Shown here piece by piece: positions 41,482 to 50,874 of a stretch of 64,000 nt of DNA. Position 1 is the first letter of the stretch, and the number at the start of each line of letters is the position of its first letter. Where the stretch lies: positions 18,152-82,151 of the forward strand of contig JAEOUH010000047.1 in the NCBI GenBank assembly GCA_016839365.1, read 5' to 3'. Under the pieces are notes generated by a model. It made no database searches. It saw nothing but the letters and a program-made list of their open reading frames with translations, and was not told the DNA's origin. Source of the stretch: Candidatus Hermodarchaeota archaeon. GTDB taxonomy: Archaea > Asgardarchaeota > Hermodarchaeia > Hermodarchaeales > Hermodarchaeaceae. The translations under genes were made by a program, and so were the position numbers.

Positions 41482-41546
41482 GCCACCAACGAGGACGAAT
41501 CCGAAGACTATGATCTGATGATGATTCGTGCAAATTTGTGGCAACA
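41482..41546 (+). ncRNA. H/ACA pseudouridylation guide hairpin (probably first unit of a longer RNA extending to about 41780)
   Basis: Lower stem GCCAC/GTGGC, pocket CAACGAGG/GCAAATTT, upper stem ACGAATC/GATTCGT, K-turn (GA-AGA...TCT-GAT-GA), ACA 14 nt from the pocket top. Confidence 0.78.
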
Positions 41547-41805
41547 CTGGAGCAGCGTTGAGGGTTATGCGGCATGTGACAGGCTCCTGCATGATTTAAG
41601 ACGTGTCGTCAAGAGGTGACTGTGGGGGCAACCCACGATGTCCACACTTCAACGCCGGGTCGCATAGGCTCACAATGCCCGACATATTAAGAGAGGACTC
41701 GTCGGAGGAATGAAGGCGCTCCGCCCACCGATGATGATGGGGCGTTAGTGTATCGGTCAGCAGAGCAGAAGCGACCCATCACTTCTCTATATTATCATCA
41801 TTCAG

Positions 41806-42669
41806 GTGAAGAAAATAACCTATCGTCACCGCACACCCTTCTATCACTTTCTCAAAACCCAGCTAGGAGACCAGATACCTCCTAGGCTCCTACCTCGACG
41901 GCTTCGAATACTTGGCCATGTAGCAATTTTGTGGCTAAACCCACAAATTGAGCAATACAAGGAGTTGATTGGGGAAACCACGCTGGGATATAGTACCAAA
42001 ATTCGATCCGTCTTACGGCGAACGGCTGCAATTACTGGTCCCTATCGGAAACCTGCCGTGGAATTGATTGCGGGTTCACCTGAAACTGAGACCGTCTTTC
42101 GAGAAAACAAGGTGATTTTCCATTTGGATCCAGTGAAAGTCATGTTCTCCGTTGGAAATAAGGCAGAACGGCTGCGCATGAGCAAACTGGGAACTGATGA
42201 GTTTGTCGTTGACATGTTTGCTGGGATAGGGCATCTATCTCTTCCCATGGCTGTGCATGCAAAACCTAAAGTCATTCATGCGATTGAGTGGAATCCTGAT
42301 GCCTTCCATTTTCTTCAACAGAACATCCAATCAAACAATGTCTCCCACTTGTTTCAACCACATTTTGGAGATACCCGTCAACTCGCCCCGAGAATAGGTA
42401 AAGGTCAAGGAGATCGCGTCATCATGGGTTTAATTCAAGGCACTGATCAGTATCTCGAACAAGGAATACAATGCCTTCGTCCCGGGGGTATGATGCACAT
42501 TCATGAAATCGGTCCTAAAGAAGATATGGCAACACAACTGCTTTCACAATTGCACAAGATTGCATTGACGATGAACCGACAAGCGGATCTTGTTAGCACA
42601 CGGATGATAAAGACCTATAATCCTAGATACAACCACTTCGTTCTTGATATCCAACTAAACAGTAGGTAA
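41806..42669 (+). CDS. Trm5/Taw2(TYW2)-family SAM-dependent tRNA-modifying enzyme
   Basis: KVMFSVGNKAERLR, VVDMFAGIG, AIEWNP, DRVIMG. Confidence 0.85.
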   Translation: MKKITYRHRTPFYHFLKTQLGDQIPPRLLPRRLRILGHVAILWLNPQIEQYKELIGETTLGYSTKIRSVLRRTAAITGPYRKPAVELIAGSPETETVFRENKVIFHLDPVKVMFSVGNKAERLRMSKLGTDEFVVDMFAGIGHLSLPMAVHAKPKVIHAIEWNPDAFHFLQQNIQSNNVSHLFQPHFGDTRQLAPRIGKGQGDRVIMGLIQGTDQYLEQGIQCLRPGGMMHIHEIGPKEDMATQLLSQLHKIALTMNRQADLVSTRMIKTYNPRYNHFVLDIQLNSR

Positions 42670-42678
42670 CTCCAGGAT

Positions 42679-43776
42679 TTATCGGGTTATTTGGTATTCC
42701 ATGATTTCCTCATAGAGTTTCTTTGCTTCAGGATTATCTTCGAAGTATTTCCTAATCGGTTCAAGAAAATCGCACAGAGCCTTAGTTGTCGCGTCTTTCA
42801 AATCCAACGGGTGAATAGCCCCTGCAGCATACAGTGATTCGACTTCATCAGCGCTCGTAAGACTTAATGGCCCACCGAATTTCTCGGCTCGCTCTATGTG
42901 GAAAGTATAGCCATCTTGCATAAACAGGATATTTCGAACGTAACTGAGTATTGGGTTATTTTCGACTTCTCCTGCAGGACAGTAAGCATTTTTAATTTTC
43001 CTTCTGATTACCCGAGGTGGGTCATGTATAAAGATGGCATCGCCGGGTTTGGATTTCGACATCTTGATGTCTATAGACACCTCTGGCGCTGTGAACTCAG
43101 AGGAGACGTCCATCCGAGCGGTTCCAGTCAGCCCGGGAAGAAGGGGCATATGAATGCCTATAGGTTTCCACCCCAGTTTCATCTTATCGGCCACTTCACG
43201 GGCTAGCACATGTGCACGACGTTGATCCATACCAGAAAGACAGATTTCGTAATGTTGGTCGATGATATCCGTTACCTGTAAGAGCGGATAGATGAGCTTA
43301 GAGAAGTCAATAGCTGCTTCCTCCTCGGTTCGACCCATTATGTCAGTCGATCGGCGCACTCGAGCGAGAGTGAGATTTTTGGCCACCCGCAGAATTCTTT
43401 CCCAGTATTCGAGTCGACGCATTAAGTCTTCAGCGGTTACAATGTGCACTTTGGTAGTATCTACTTTCAATGCTACAAAGCAGTGACGCAGGTATTCAGC
43501 ACAACGTCTGATTTTTTCAATACTACCTCCAAATTTGTCGTTTACTTGGGCATGCCAAGTAGCGAGAAGAATTTCCATGCGCACACCCATATCCACCAGT
43601 TCATTGAGCTTATGGACCCAACCGAGCCATCCCACATGAAATAATCCACTGGGTTCAACACCTATGTATCCTCGAGGTTTTTCTTGACGTGCAAAGGCAG
43701 CTATCAAGTCCTCTATGGTTAATACTTCTTGGGTATGCTGTGCAATCTTTTCTACGCTAGGTGGAAGAATGTTCAC
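42679..43776 (-). CDS. tyrS: tyrosyl-tRNA synthetase
   Basis: YIGVEPSG, YPLLQVTD, GMDQRRAH, KMSKS, HPLDLK; GTG start chosen from RBS. Confidence 0.95.
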   Translation of the reverse strand: MNILPPSVEKIAQHTQEVLTIEDLIAAFARQEKPRGYIGVEPSGLFHVGWLGWVHKLNELVDMGVRMEILLATWHAQVNDKFGGSIEKIRRCAEYLRHCFVALKVDTTKVHIVTAEDLMRRLEYWERILRVAKNLTLARVRRSTDIMGRTEEEAAIDFSKLIYPLLQVTDIIDQHYEICLSGMDQRRAHVLAREVADKMKLGWKPIGIHMPLLPGLTGTARMDVSSEFTAPEVSIDIKMSKSKPGDAIFIHDPPRVIRRKIKNAYCPAGEVENNPILSYVRNILFMQDGYTFHIERAEKFGGPLSLTSADEVESLYAAGAIHPLDLKDATTKALCDFLEPIRKYFEDNPEAKKLYEEIMEYQITR

Positions 43777-43908
43777 TAGTAATACACCATTACCCTTCGG
43801 GCATATTCTGTGTGATATAAAAGTACACCGATACTTATGGTCCATTGCCAGTGATATATAAGAGCCAGTTAGGTCAATGACCCTGGTAGGTAGTTTTGGC
43901 GAATTATC

Positions 43909-44328
43909 ATGTGCCCCCTACGTGAAGCGACCCAAGCGAAGCAGGAGCGACTGGAAGAGCGTTTTGTAAAAGGTGTTCAGCTCTTGATTAACCTCTCGGA
44001 AGACGGGGTAACAATAGTAGTAGAGGGGATTAAGGATATCACTGCACTACGGGGATTAGGACTGAGTGGACCTATTTACATGCTTGCGGGTCACAGTGTC
44101 GTTAGTTTAGCTGATGAATTGGCTAATATTCCTCGTTTACTCATCCTATTTGATTTTGATCGACGGGGAGGGCAATTGACAAGACGACTAACTGATCAAT
44201 TAGAAGGGCGAGGGGTCTCAATACTTCATCGAGAAAGGCACCAGTTAAGGCGAGCGTTTTGTTGGCGTGTGAGGGTAATTGAGGGACTGAAGGGAATTGA
44301 GAAAACTCCGAAAGGCACAAAATTTTAA
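43909..44328 (+). CDS. small Toprim-domain protein
   Basis: IVVEGIKD...LFDFDRRG Toprim motifs; upstream of dnaG. Confidence 0.85.
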   Translation: MCPLREATQAKQERLEERFVKGVQLLINLSEDGVTIVVEGIKDITALRGLGLSGPIYMLAGHSVVSLADELANIPRLLILFDFDRRGGQLTRRLTDQLEGRGVSILHRERHQLRRAFCWRVRVIEGLKGIEKTPKGTKF

Positions 44329-44354
44329 TGTGGCTCATTCGTGAGGCTAACTGT

Positions 44355-44451
44355 ATCACAATTACCAAATTACCTAATCATCATCACAAATCACTTCAAA
44401 GTGGCGTTATCAATATCACACGCCCGCACTTACATATCACAAATCATTTCA
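44355..44451 (+). repeat. direct repeats upstream of dnaG (ATCACA x4; ATCACAAATCAYTTCA x2)
   Basis: ATCACA at 44355, 44383, 44415, 44436; 16-mers at 44383-44398 and 44436-44451 differ at one base. Confidence 0.6.
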
Positions 44452-44464
44452 CAAGGTGACGATT

Positions 44465-45764
44465 ATGGGAACAAATGCAGAAGGTACTGGTACTACGAAG
44501 TATTGTATTCATGGTAAAATCGAGATAGATGGAGTAGTTGAGACCCCCGATGTTGTAGGTGCTCTCTTCGGTCAAACGGAGGGCCTACACTTCATATCGG
44601 CGATGTGAAGGGGTAATCGGTGAAGATTTAGATCTAAGAGAATTACAACAGTCGGGGCGGATTGGTCGAATAAAAGTCGAGCTTCACACTGAGAGTGGAA
44701 AATCAAAGGGCACTATCACTATCCCATGTAGCCTAGATCGGACGGAAACTGCAATCCTTGCTGCAGCAATGGAAACAGTGGACAGAGTTGGTCCTTGTGC
44801 GGCTAAAATAACCCTTGAAAAACTCGAGGATGTCCGCGAAGAAAAGCGGCAACAAATCGTAAATCGTGCAGTAGATTTGCTACGGGATTGGGAAGGGGAA
44901 ATCTCTCCAGATTCTCAGGAAATGACGGATACGGTTCTTCAACAGGCACGTACTGCAGAGATTATCAAACTCGGCAAAGAAAAGCTGCCTGCAGGGCCGG
45001 AGGTAGAGATATCAAAGACCATTATCATCGTAGAGGGTCGAGCAGATGTCTTAGCCCTGTTGAGATCTGGTGTCAAGAACGCTGTTGCAGTTGAGGGGAC
45101 ATCGGTTCCCAAATCTATTGCTGACATTGCCAAGGGGAAAACCGTGATTGCATTTCTCGATGGAGATCGTGGTGGGGATCTAATTCTAAAGGAGCTTGCA
45201 CAAACCATCAAGGTTGATTATGTGGCTAGAGCACCTACTGGTAGAGAGGTAGAAGAACTCACTCACAAAGAGGTTACTAAAGCTCTCCGTAATAGGATTC
45301 CAGCAGGGCAGATTTTAGGAAAAGCGCCAGCTAAGGCGAAGCCAAAGGAGAAGAAGCGTACCCGTCGGACCCCCGAGAAGATCAAGAAACCGCGTCGCAC
45401 AACAACGCGTACCACCTCTCGCATTACCACACGAACGAAAGTTGAAGCAAAACCAGAGCCAAAGGTGAAGGATTTGGGAATCCCAGAGCCGGTGCTTGAT
45501 TCGGCTCAAAAGATTCAACGGACGATGATGGCAGTCATCATGGACGAGAAGTTTAAGCAATTAAAGGAGACTCATGTGGGTGAACTTGCTAACGATTTGC
45601 AGGAACTTGATAAGGCTAAAGTGCTTATCCTTGATGGCGTTGTAACACAACGCCTTATTGATATTGCCGAAGATCGTGGCGTCGAATTAATTATTGGGGT
45701 GCGAGTTGGCAATATTGTGAAGAAACCGGCGAAAATGCGTATCCACACTTTCGATGAACTGTGA
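44465..45764 (+). CDS. dnaG: archaeal DnaG (primase-like, exosome-associated); join(44465..44588,44617..45764), 423 aa after splicing
   Basis: AAGGTGA RBS + ATG 44465: [41 protein letters not shown], continuing in another frame as [18 protein letters not shown]...VEGRADV...FLDGDRGG. Confidence 0.92.
44589..44616 (+). other. predicted 28-nt BHB intron in dnaG mRNA
   Basis: GCCT-AC|A-CTTCATATC-GGC-GATGTGAAG-GGGT-AA|T; excision restores frame and CTA CTC GGT GAA GAT (LLGED). Confidence 0.85.
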
Positions 45765-45868
45765 TTACTCAGAAAGCCTGTCAAGTCAGCAATGCTTAAA
45801 TATTGAGCACCCGCATTTTCGCTTCACCCTATCATAATAACGAGAGTGCTGCTGTGGCCGAAACCAAC

Positions 45869-46141
45869 ATGAAGCTCATTCGAATCCTACAGGTTCTTGG
45901 CATTATCTTCCTGTTAGCGGCAGGATTCGTTGCCATTACGAACCTGGTTCTGGATATTCCATGGGATCAAGCGTCAGCAATAATTCTCCTTTCTTATTTG
46001 CTCATTTGTGGTCTGAGTTTCGGCATAACAGGTCTTATGAGCGACAATCCTGAGAGAACCCGAAGACTGTTGGTCGAATGGTTTATTGTTGTGGCAGCGA
46101 TTCTTATTTGGGTCGTAGGAGTGTACGCTTTACTTCCTTGA
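45869..46141 (+). CDS. small membrane protein (3 TM)
   Basis: Hydrophobic ORF directly upstream of atpD. Confidence 0.55.
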   Translation: MKLIRILQVLGIIFLLAAGFVAITNLVLDIPWDQASAIILLSYLLICGLSFGITGLMSDNPERTRRLLVEWFIVVAAILIWVVGVYALLP

Positions 46142-46150
46142 GGGATTACT

Positions 46151-46804
46151 GTGTCTGAATCGGTCGGAATCATTGCAGGAGTTCGCCCGACACGGATGGA
46201 ATTACTCACCCTCAAAGAACGAAGAGAACTAGCCGCGCGAGGTTATGAACTGCTCCGTGAGAAGCAAGATGCGCTTGTTCGTGAATTCTTTACAATTCTA
46301 TCAGAGGCAAAGAAATTCAGAGAAGAAATGGAATCAACTCTTGCTGAAGCTTATGTTTCATTACTTAACGCAAAATTAGTTGAAGGCGGAGCAAAACTCG
46401 AAGAACTTGCCTTGGGAGCAAAAAGCCCACTTGATTTTGAAGTTGAGACACGAAATACGATGGGTGTTACGGTTCCAATTTTTAGAATCACAGAGCAGGA
46501 AGAATCAGTTCAGCTGCATTACAGTCTGGCAGGAACTTCTGCTACTGTAGATAAAGCGGCCCAAAAGGTTCGATTGGCGCTAGATAAGGTTGTACGACTC
46601 GCAGAGATTGAGGCAACGGTTAAACGACTTGCAGCGGAAATTGAGAAAACGAAACGGCGCGTCAATGCACTCAACTATGTGGTTCTTCCGCGAATTAACA
46701 ACACAATTCGATATATCGAGTTGATGTTGGAAGAACAGGAAAGAGAAGACCTCTTTCGGATGAAGCGAGTTAAAGCGATGCTTGAGCGAAAAGCAAACGC
46801 ATAG
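46151..46804 (+). CDS. atpD: A/V-type ATP synthase subunit D
   Basis: PTRMELL, GYELLREKQDAL, EIEKTKRRVNALNYV. Confidence 0.95.
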   Translation: MSESVGIIAGVRPTRMELLTLKERRELAARGYELLREKQDALVREFFTILSEAKKFREEMESTLAEAYVSLLNAKLVEGGAKLEELALGAKSPLDFEVETRNTMGVTVPIFRITEQEESVQLHYSLAGTSATVDKAAQKVRLALDKVVRLAEIEATVKRLAAEIEKTKRRVNALNYVVLPRINNTIRYIELMLEEQEREDLFRMKRVKAMLERKANA

Positions 46805-46811
46805 ACTGAAT

Positions 46812-47204
46812 CTACTTTTCAGTTAGAGCGATTATTGCCCTAGCAAGATTGCCCTCAGCGCCACGTAAAGCTTCACGTGCTTCATCCTCTGATACATTTG
46901 CTTGGTTAGCTACGAGTTGGACATCTTCTTCAGTAAATGTTTGGGAAGTGGTTACAGGAGTAGCCTCTTCTGCTTCAGATGAGATTGTAAGATTCCTTTC
47001 CTCCGATTTTCCTACAATTTGGAAGACATCATCATCTTGTGCCTGCATCTTTATTACCTGAGCCTCAGGAATAACTAATTCTCTATCAGAAAAACGAATA
47101 AGAACCTCTGTAACATCTTCAAGTTGTTGGAAATCAACACCCATCCGACGCATCTGTCGTTCCATTGAGCGTTTTTTTGACTTTACTTTCTTTACCTTTA
47201 CCAA
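46812..47204 (-). CDS. nac: nascent polypeptide-associated complex protein
   Basis: MRRMGV NAC domain and C-terminal UBA (EEDVQLVANQ...GNLARAI). Confidence 0.9.
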   Translation of the reverse strand: MVKVKKVKSKKRSMERQMRRMGVDFQQLEDVTEVLIRFSDRELVIPEAQVIKMQAQDDDVFQIVGKSEERNLTISSEAEEATPVTTSQTFTEEDVQLVANQANVSEDEAREALRGAEGNLARAIIALTEK

Positions 47205-47252
47205 AGGGTATCCCTCAAGCAGTTACAGCATCGCATAACTGGCTGAACAAAT

Positions 47253-47735
47253 TTAGCTTTTTTGTTTACCAGTCGAGTGACGGATCTTTACAGCTACTCC
47301 ACGGGTTAGATCTAACATTTCTTGAGGACTAAGACTGGCCCTTCCAACGGCAAGCAATCTATCTTGACCATCAACAACTATTACCTCATCACCAGCGCGA
47401 AGCTGTGGATCTACTGCTATAACATGCTTGGCAAAGACGCTACGACCCTCTGAAATGAATGGGGCCACCTCTTGGACCACAACTACTCTGAGTTTGGGAA
47501 AAGGTATTGCGTTGTGCAGTCGTCGAGCTCCTTCGATGGTAAGAACAAGGAACCCGTCATGTGCGCGAATAGTAGCAAGAATCTGTGCATTAAAAATAAC
47601 CCGGCGAATTCGACCAGAGCTTTTTGAAATCTCCACCTGACAATTGTCAGGAAAAACCTGGTGTCCGATTGCTGCTCGAAATTGGTAGTTAGCAATTCCT
47701 CGTACTCGATACAATCTTTCATTGATTTGCGACAT
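47253..47735 (-). CDS. PUA-domain RNA-binding protein (TgtA C-terminal-like)
   Basis: IANYQF, GRSVFAKHV, LRAGDEVIVV, GVAVKIR. Confidence 0.88.
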   Translation of the reverse strand: MSQINERLYRVRGIANYQFRAAIGHQVFPDNCQVEISKSSGRIRRVIFNAQILATIRAHDGFLVLTIEGARRLHNAIPFPKLRVVVVQEVAPFISEGRSVFAKHVIAVDPQLRAGDEVIVVDGQDRLLAVGRASLSPQEMLDLTRGVAVKIRHSTGKQKS

Positions 47736-47762
47736 AATTCGCCTCGTCTTCTTTTCAACGGG

Positions 47763-48968
47763 CTATCCATAAATGTCTGTCGCGTCACCGTGGTCGCCGA
47801 TCATGCCTAAGACTTTGCTAATAGCCTTATCAAAGTCTTCTTTTTGTACTAAATCACGAAGCTCACGGATAGCAAACATTCCAGCTTCGGTGCATATTGC
47901 CTTCAAATCTGCCCCAGATGCGCCATTTGTTTTTGAAGCAAGCAGACTGACATCCACATCTGATTCGATATTCATGTTTCGCATATGAATTTTAAGAATT
48001 TGAACACGCGCTTCTTTATCGGGAAATGGAAATTCGATGATACGATCAAACCTTCCAGGTCTTGTAAGAGCTGTGTCAAGGATATCAGGACGATTGGTTG
48101 CTGCGAGTATACGCACGTCACCGCGTGGATCAAATCCGTCGAGCATACTAAGTAGTTGCATGAGTGTTCTTTGAACTTCTCGGTCTCCACTCGTGGCGAT
48201 ATCAAGGCGGCGACTCGCAACGGCATCTAGCTCATCGATAAAGACAATACTTGGTGCTCGTTTACGAGCCATAAAGAAAATCTCTCTAACAATTCGTGCC
48301 CCCTCACCGATGAACTTTTGGACAAGTTCAGAACCAATGACACGAATGAATGTTGCCTTCGTTTCATTAGCAACTGCGCGGGCTAGGAGAGTTTTTCCAG
48401 TTCCAGGAGGACCACAGAGAAGTACGCCTTTTGGTGGCTCGATTCCCACCTTCTCAAATAGTTCTGGATGAAGAAGCGGAAGTTCAACAGTTTCACGGAT
48501 TTCTTCGATTTGTTCTTCCAACCCCCCAATATCGTTATAGGTGACATCTGGACTTTCTTCAACGTTCATGGCTTGAACAAAAGGATCGATGGACATTGGT
48601 AAGACATCGACTACGGCCAAAGTTCTTTGGTTCAATGCCACTTTAGCCCCAGACTCAAGCTGGCTCCCAATTATCGATTCTGGATAATTGACTACAAACT
48701 GGGGTCCTGTGCTACTTTTGACAATGACCCTTCCATCGTCAAGAATATCAATTACAGTTGCAGAAACTAAGGGTGGTTGCCGTAACTTATTGAGCTCTGC
48801 TTGAAGGATTCGAACTTCGTTTTCCAGTCGTGTTCGTTCTGCTGCAAGTTGTTCTCTTTCCAATTCGAGTTCGCGAACACGTTGCTCAAGTAAAAATGTC
48901 CGTTCAGCCAAACTCATATAATCGTCAGAAGAAACCGCTTTCTTACGTAAATCTGTTGAATCGGTCAT
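47763..48968 (-). CDS. pan: proteasome-activating nucleotidase
   Basis: Coiled coil, OB domain, GPPGTGKT, C-terminal HbYX (IYG). Confidence 0.96.
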   Translation of the reverse strand: MTDSTDLRKKAVSSDDYMSLAERTFLLEQRVRELELEREQLAAERTRLENEVRILQAELNKLRQPPLVSATVIDILDDGRVIVKSSTGPQFVVNYPESIIGSQLESGAKVALNQRTLAVVDVLPMSIDPFVQAMNVEESPDVTYNDIGGLEEQIEEIRETVELPLLHPELFEKVGIEPPKGVLLCGPPGTGKTLLARAVANETKATFIRVIGSELVQKFIGEGARIVREIFFMARKRAPSIVFIDELDAVASRRLDIATSGDREVQRTLMQLLSMLDGFDPRGDVRILAATNRPDILDTALTRPGRFDRIIEFPFPDKEARVQILKIHMRNMNIESDVDVSLLASKTNGASGADLKAICTEAGMFAIRELRDLVQKEDFDKAISKVLGMIGDHGDATDIYG

Positions 48969-49109
48969 TGCAAGTTCTCTGAGTCGTACGCGCTAAAAGC
49001 TTTTTTTATTCCTCCATCAGAAGTTGTAGACCTTCTGTGAGATTATTAAAATGAAAAGAACTTTTTAGATTATGGCGGGTAATAAATAGAATGGTGGCGA
49101 TTGCGCAAA

Positions 49110-49619
49110 ATGCCAACCTGTGAGATTTGTGGTCGTGAATGTCATTCGACAAGGGAAATCGCCCTTGAGGGCGCCCACCTGCATGCTTGTAGTCGGTGTG
49201 CAGAGCTGGGAAAACCAGTTCAGCAGAAGAAGAAACTAGGATACGAACCTCCAGCCGACCTGAAACGCCGGCCTGTTCATATACCACGCGAAGTCCGACC
49301 TGGACCACTTCGAGAGCCAGCTCGCGAATTGGTACCTGTGGAGGACTTCACTAAACTTATTAGAAAAGCACGTGAGCAACGAGGAATGGCTCAAAAGGAT
49401 GTCGCTCGTGCTCTAAATGAGCGAACTTCCGTTATCACAAAAGTTGAAAGTGGCAAAATGGCACCTACAATTAGTTTGGCGCGGAAATTAGAGCGACTAT
49501 TCAAATTGATATTACTTGAGGAATCGGAATCAGTTGACCTTCCTCCTGTTCATTCTCAAAGTTCAGCAACACTCGGAGACGTTGTTCAGATTCGACGCAA
49601 AAAAACCTCTTCTAAATAG
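49110..49619 (+). CDS. mbf1: multiprotein bridging factor aMBF1
   Basis: CEICG...CSRC Zn ribbon, HTH, TLGDVV tail. Confidence 0.92.
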   Translation: MPTCEICGRECHSTREIALEGAHLHACSRCAELGKPVQQKKKLGYEPPADLKRRPVHIPREVRPGPLREPARELVPVEDFTKLIRKAREQRGMAQKDVARALNERTSVITKVESGKMAPTISLARKLERLFKLILLEESESVDLPPVHSQSSATLGDVVQIRRKKTSSK

Positions 49620-49663
49620 ATTGTTAAGTAAGAACCGTGAGTTGTAACAGGCTGGATATTCGG

Positions 49664-50230
49664 ATGAGCGCACCTAAATGGAGGATTACTGTACTCAAGC
49701 TGGATCACCGTCCCGAGCGCGATAAACGTCTTACAACTCATGTGGGATTAACGGCCCGTGCATTTGGTGCGAGCGAGTTTTGGTCAGCTGGACTTAAGGA
49801 TACAAATATCATGGATACAATCCAGCAGGTTTCTAATCAATGGGGTAAGAAAGATTTCATAGTACTTACAGGTGTCAAATGGAAGACCCGTCTTCGTCAA
49901 TGGAAGGAGGAGAATGGGGAAGTCATTCATCTTACCATGTACGGACTTCACGTAGATGATGTAATTGATGATATTCGTCGCTCACAGCAACCGAAACTCG
50001 TTGTTGTAGGAGGTCCTAAGGTTCCGAACCAAATATACCAGTTAGCTGATTACAATGTAGCTGTTGGTCATCAACCCCATAGTGAAGTGGCAGCACTTTC
50101 AATCTTTTTAGATCGGCTGTTTGAAGGGCAAATGCTTCGCTGGGAATTCCCTGATGCCGTGCTACGAATCCAAGCAACCTCACATGGGAAACGGATAATC
50201 GAAGCCGAAGAAAAAAAAAGGGCGATTTAA
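49664..50230 (+). CDS. trm56: tRNA (cytidine56-2'-O)-methyltransferase aTrm56
   Basis: HRPERDKRLTTHVGLTARAFGA, HLTMYG, QPHSEVAAL. Confidence 0.95.
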   Translation: MSAPKWRITVLKLDHRPERDKRLTTHVGLTARAFGASEFWSAGLKDTNIMDTIQQVSNQWGKKDFIVLTGVKWKTRLRQWKEENGEVIHLTMYGLHVDDVIDDIRRSQQPKLVVVGGPKVPNQIYQLADYNVAVGHQPHSEVAALSIFLDRLFEGQMLRWEFPDAVLRIQATSHGKRIIEAEEKKRAI

Positions 50231-50297
50231 TCCTTAACTTTTTTTTGTTAAACGAAAAGGTCTTTATTTAATGCAAGGGTAGGTTATCCGTAAATCT

Positions 50298-50807
50298 ATG
50301 TCTGGACGTGAGATGCTAATTAAGCAGGTTGTCATTGAATTCGCCGGTGAAGACGCATTTGAAGTGGTTTCACACCTCAAAGAAGATGAAGAAACAACGG
50401 ATGAGGAGATTGCCAACGAAACTGGTATGCGCCTCAACGCTGTTCGAAAGATCCTCTACAAACTTTATGACCTTCATCTAGCGTCCTATCGCCGTACCCG
50501 CGATAAACAAACCGGATGGTTTGTCTACTACTGGATATTGGAACCTGAACGCATCCATGACCTACTCCATGAAAAGAATACAAAGGTCCTTGAACGATTA
50601 AAGCAACGACTCCTTTACGAGACAGAAAACACGTTCTACCATTGCAAGAACAACGGCTGTCCCCGCCATACCTTTGAGGAAGCTATGGCTAATGCCTTTA
50701 AATGTCCTACATGTAATGGCCAGCTGGTTCATGTTGACAATCTACAAATCATAAAGTTGCTTAAAACACAGATCGAGACCCTTGAACAAGAAATGAAACA
50801 CAACTAG
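50298..50807 (+). CDS. tfe: transcription factor E alpha
   Basis: TDEEIA...VRKILYKLY winged helix, GWFVYYW, Zn ribbon FKCPTC. Confidence 0.93.
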   Translation: MSGREMLIKQVVIEFAGEDAFEVVSHLKEDEETTDEEIANETGMRLNAVRKILYKLYDLHLASYRRTRDKQTGWFVYYWILEPERIHDLLHEKNTKVLERLKQRLLYETENTFYHCKNNGCPRHTFEEAMANAFKCPTCNGQLVHVDNLQIIKLLKTQIETLEQEMKHN

Positions 50808-50874
50808 AATAGACGCCACCTTTTTGTCTTCAAGAAGCCTTTTTAGGTTGGCGTTGAACATCACACAACAGATA

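Noticed and set aside
41430-41800. RNase P RNA, U3-like RNA or hammerhead ribozyme
   Set aside because: No GAGGAAnnUCC / ACAGAAnnnGGCUUA P4 pair on either strand and no GAAA partner for CUGAUGA; the 5' part is better explained as an H/ACA hairpin.
44559-44616. ORF-track N-terminus of DnaG ([20 protein letters not shown])
   Set aside because: Out-of-frame read-through of exon 1 and the intron; the conserved N-terminus starts at ATG 44465.
44465-45764. dnaG as a simple pseudogene or programmed ribosomal frameshift
   Set aside because: No slippery heptamer is present, a frameshift would leave about 9 extra residues in a conserved motif, and both halves are otherwise intact; BHB excision restores the consensus exactly.
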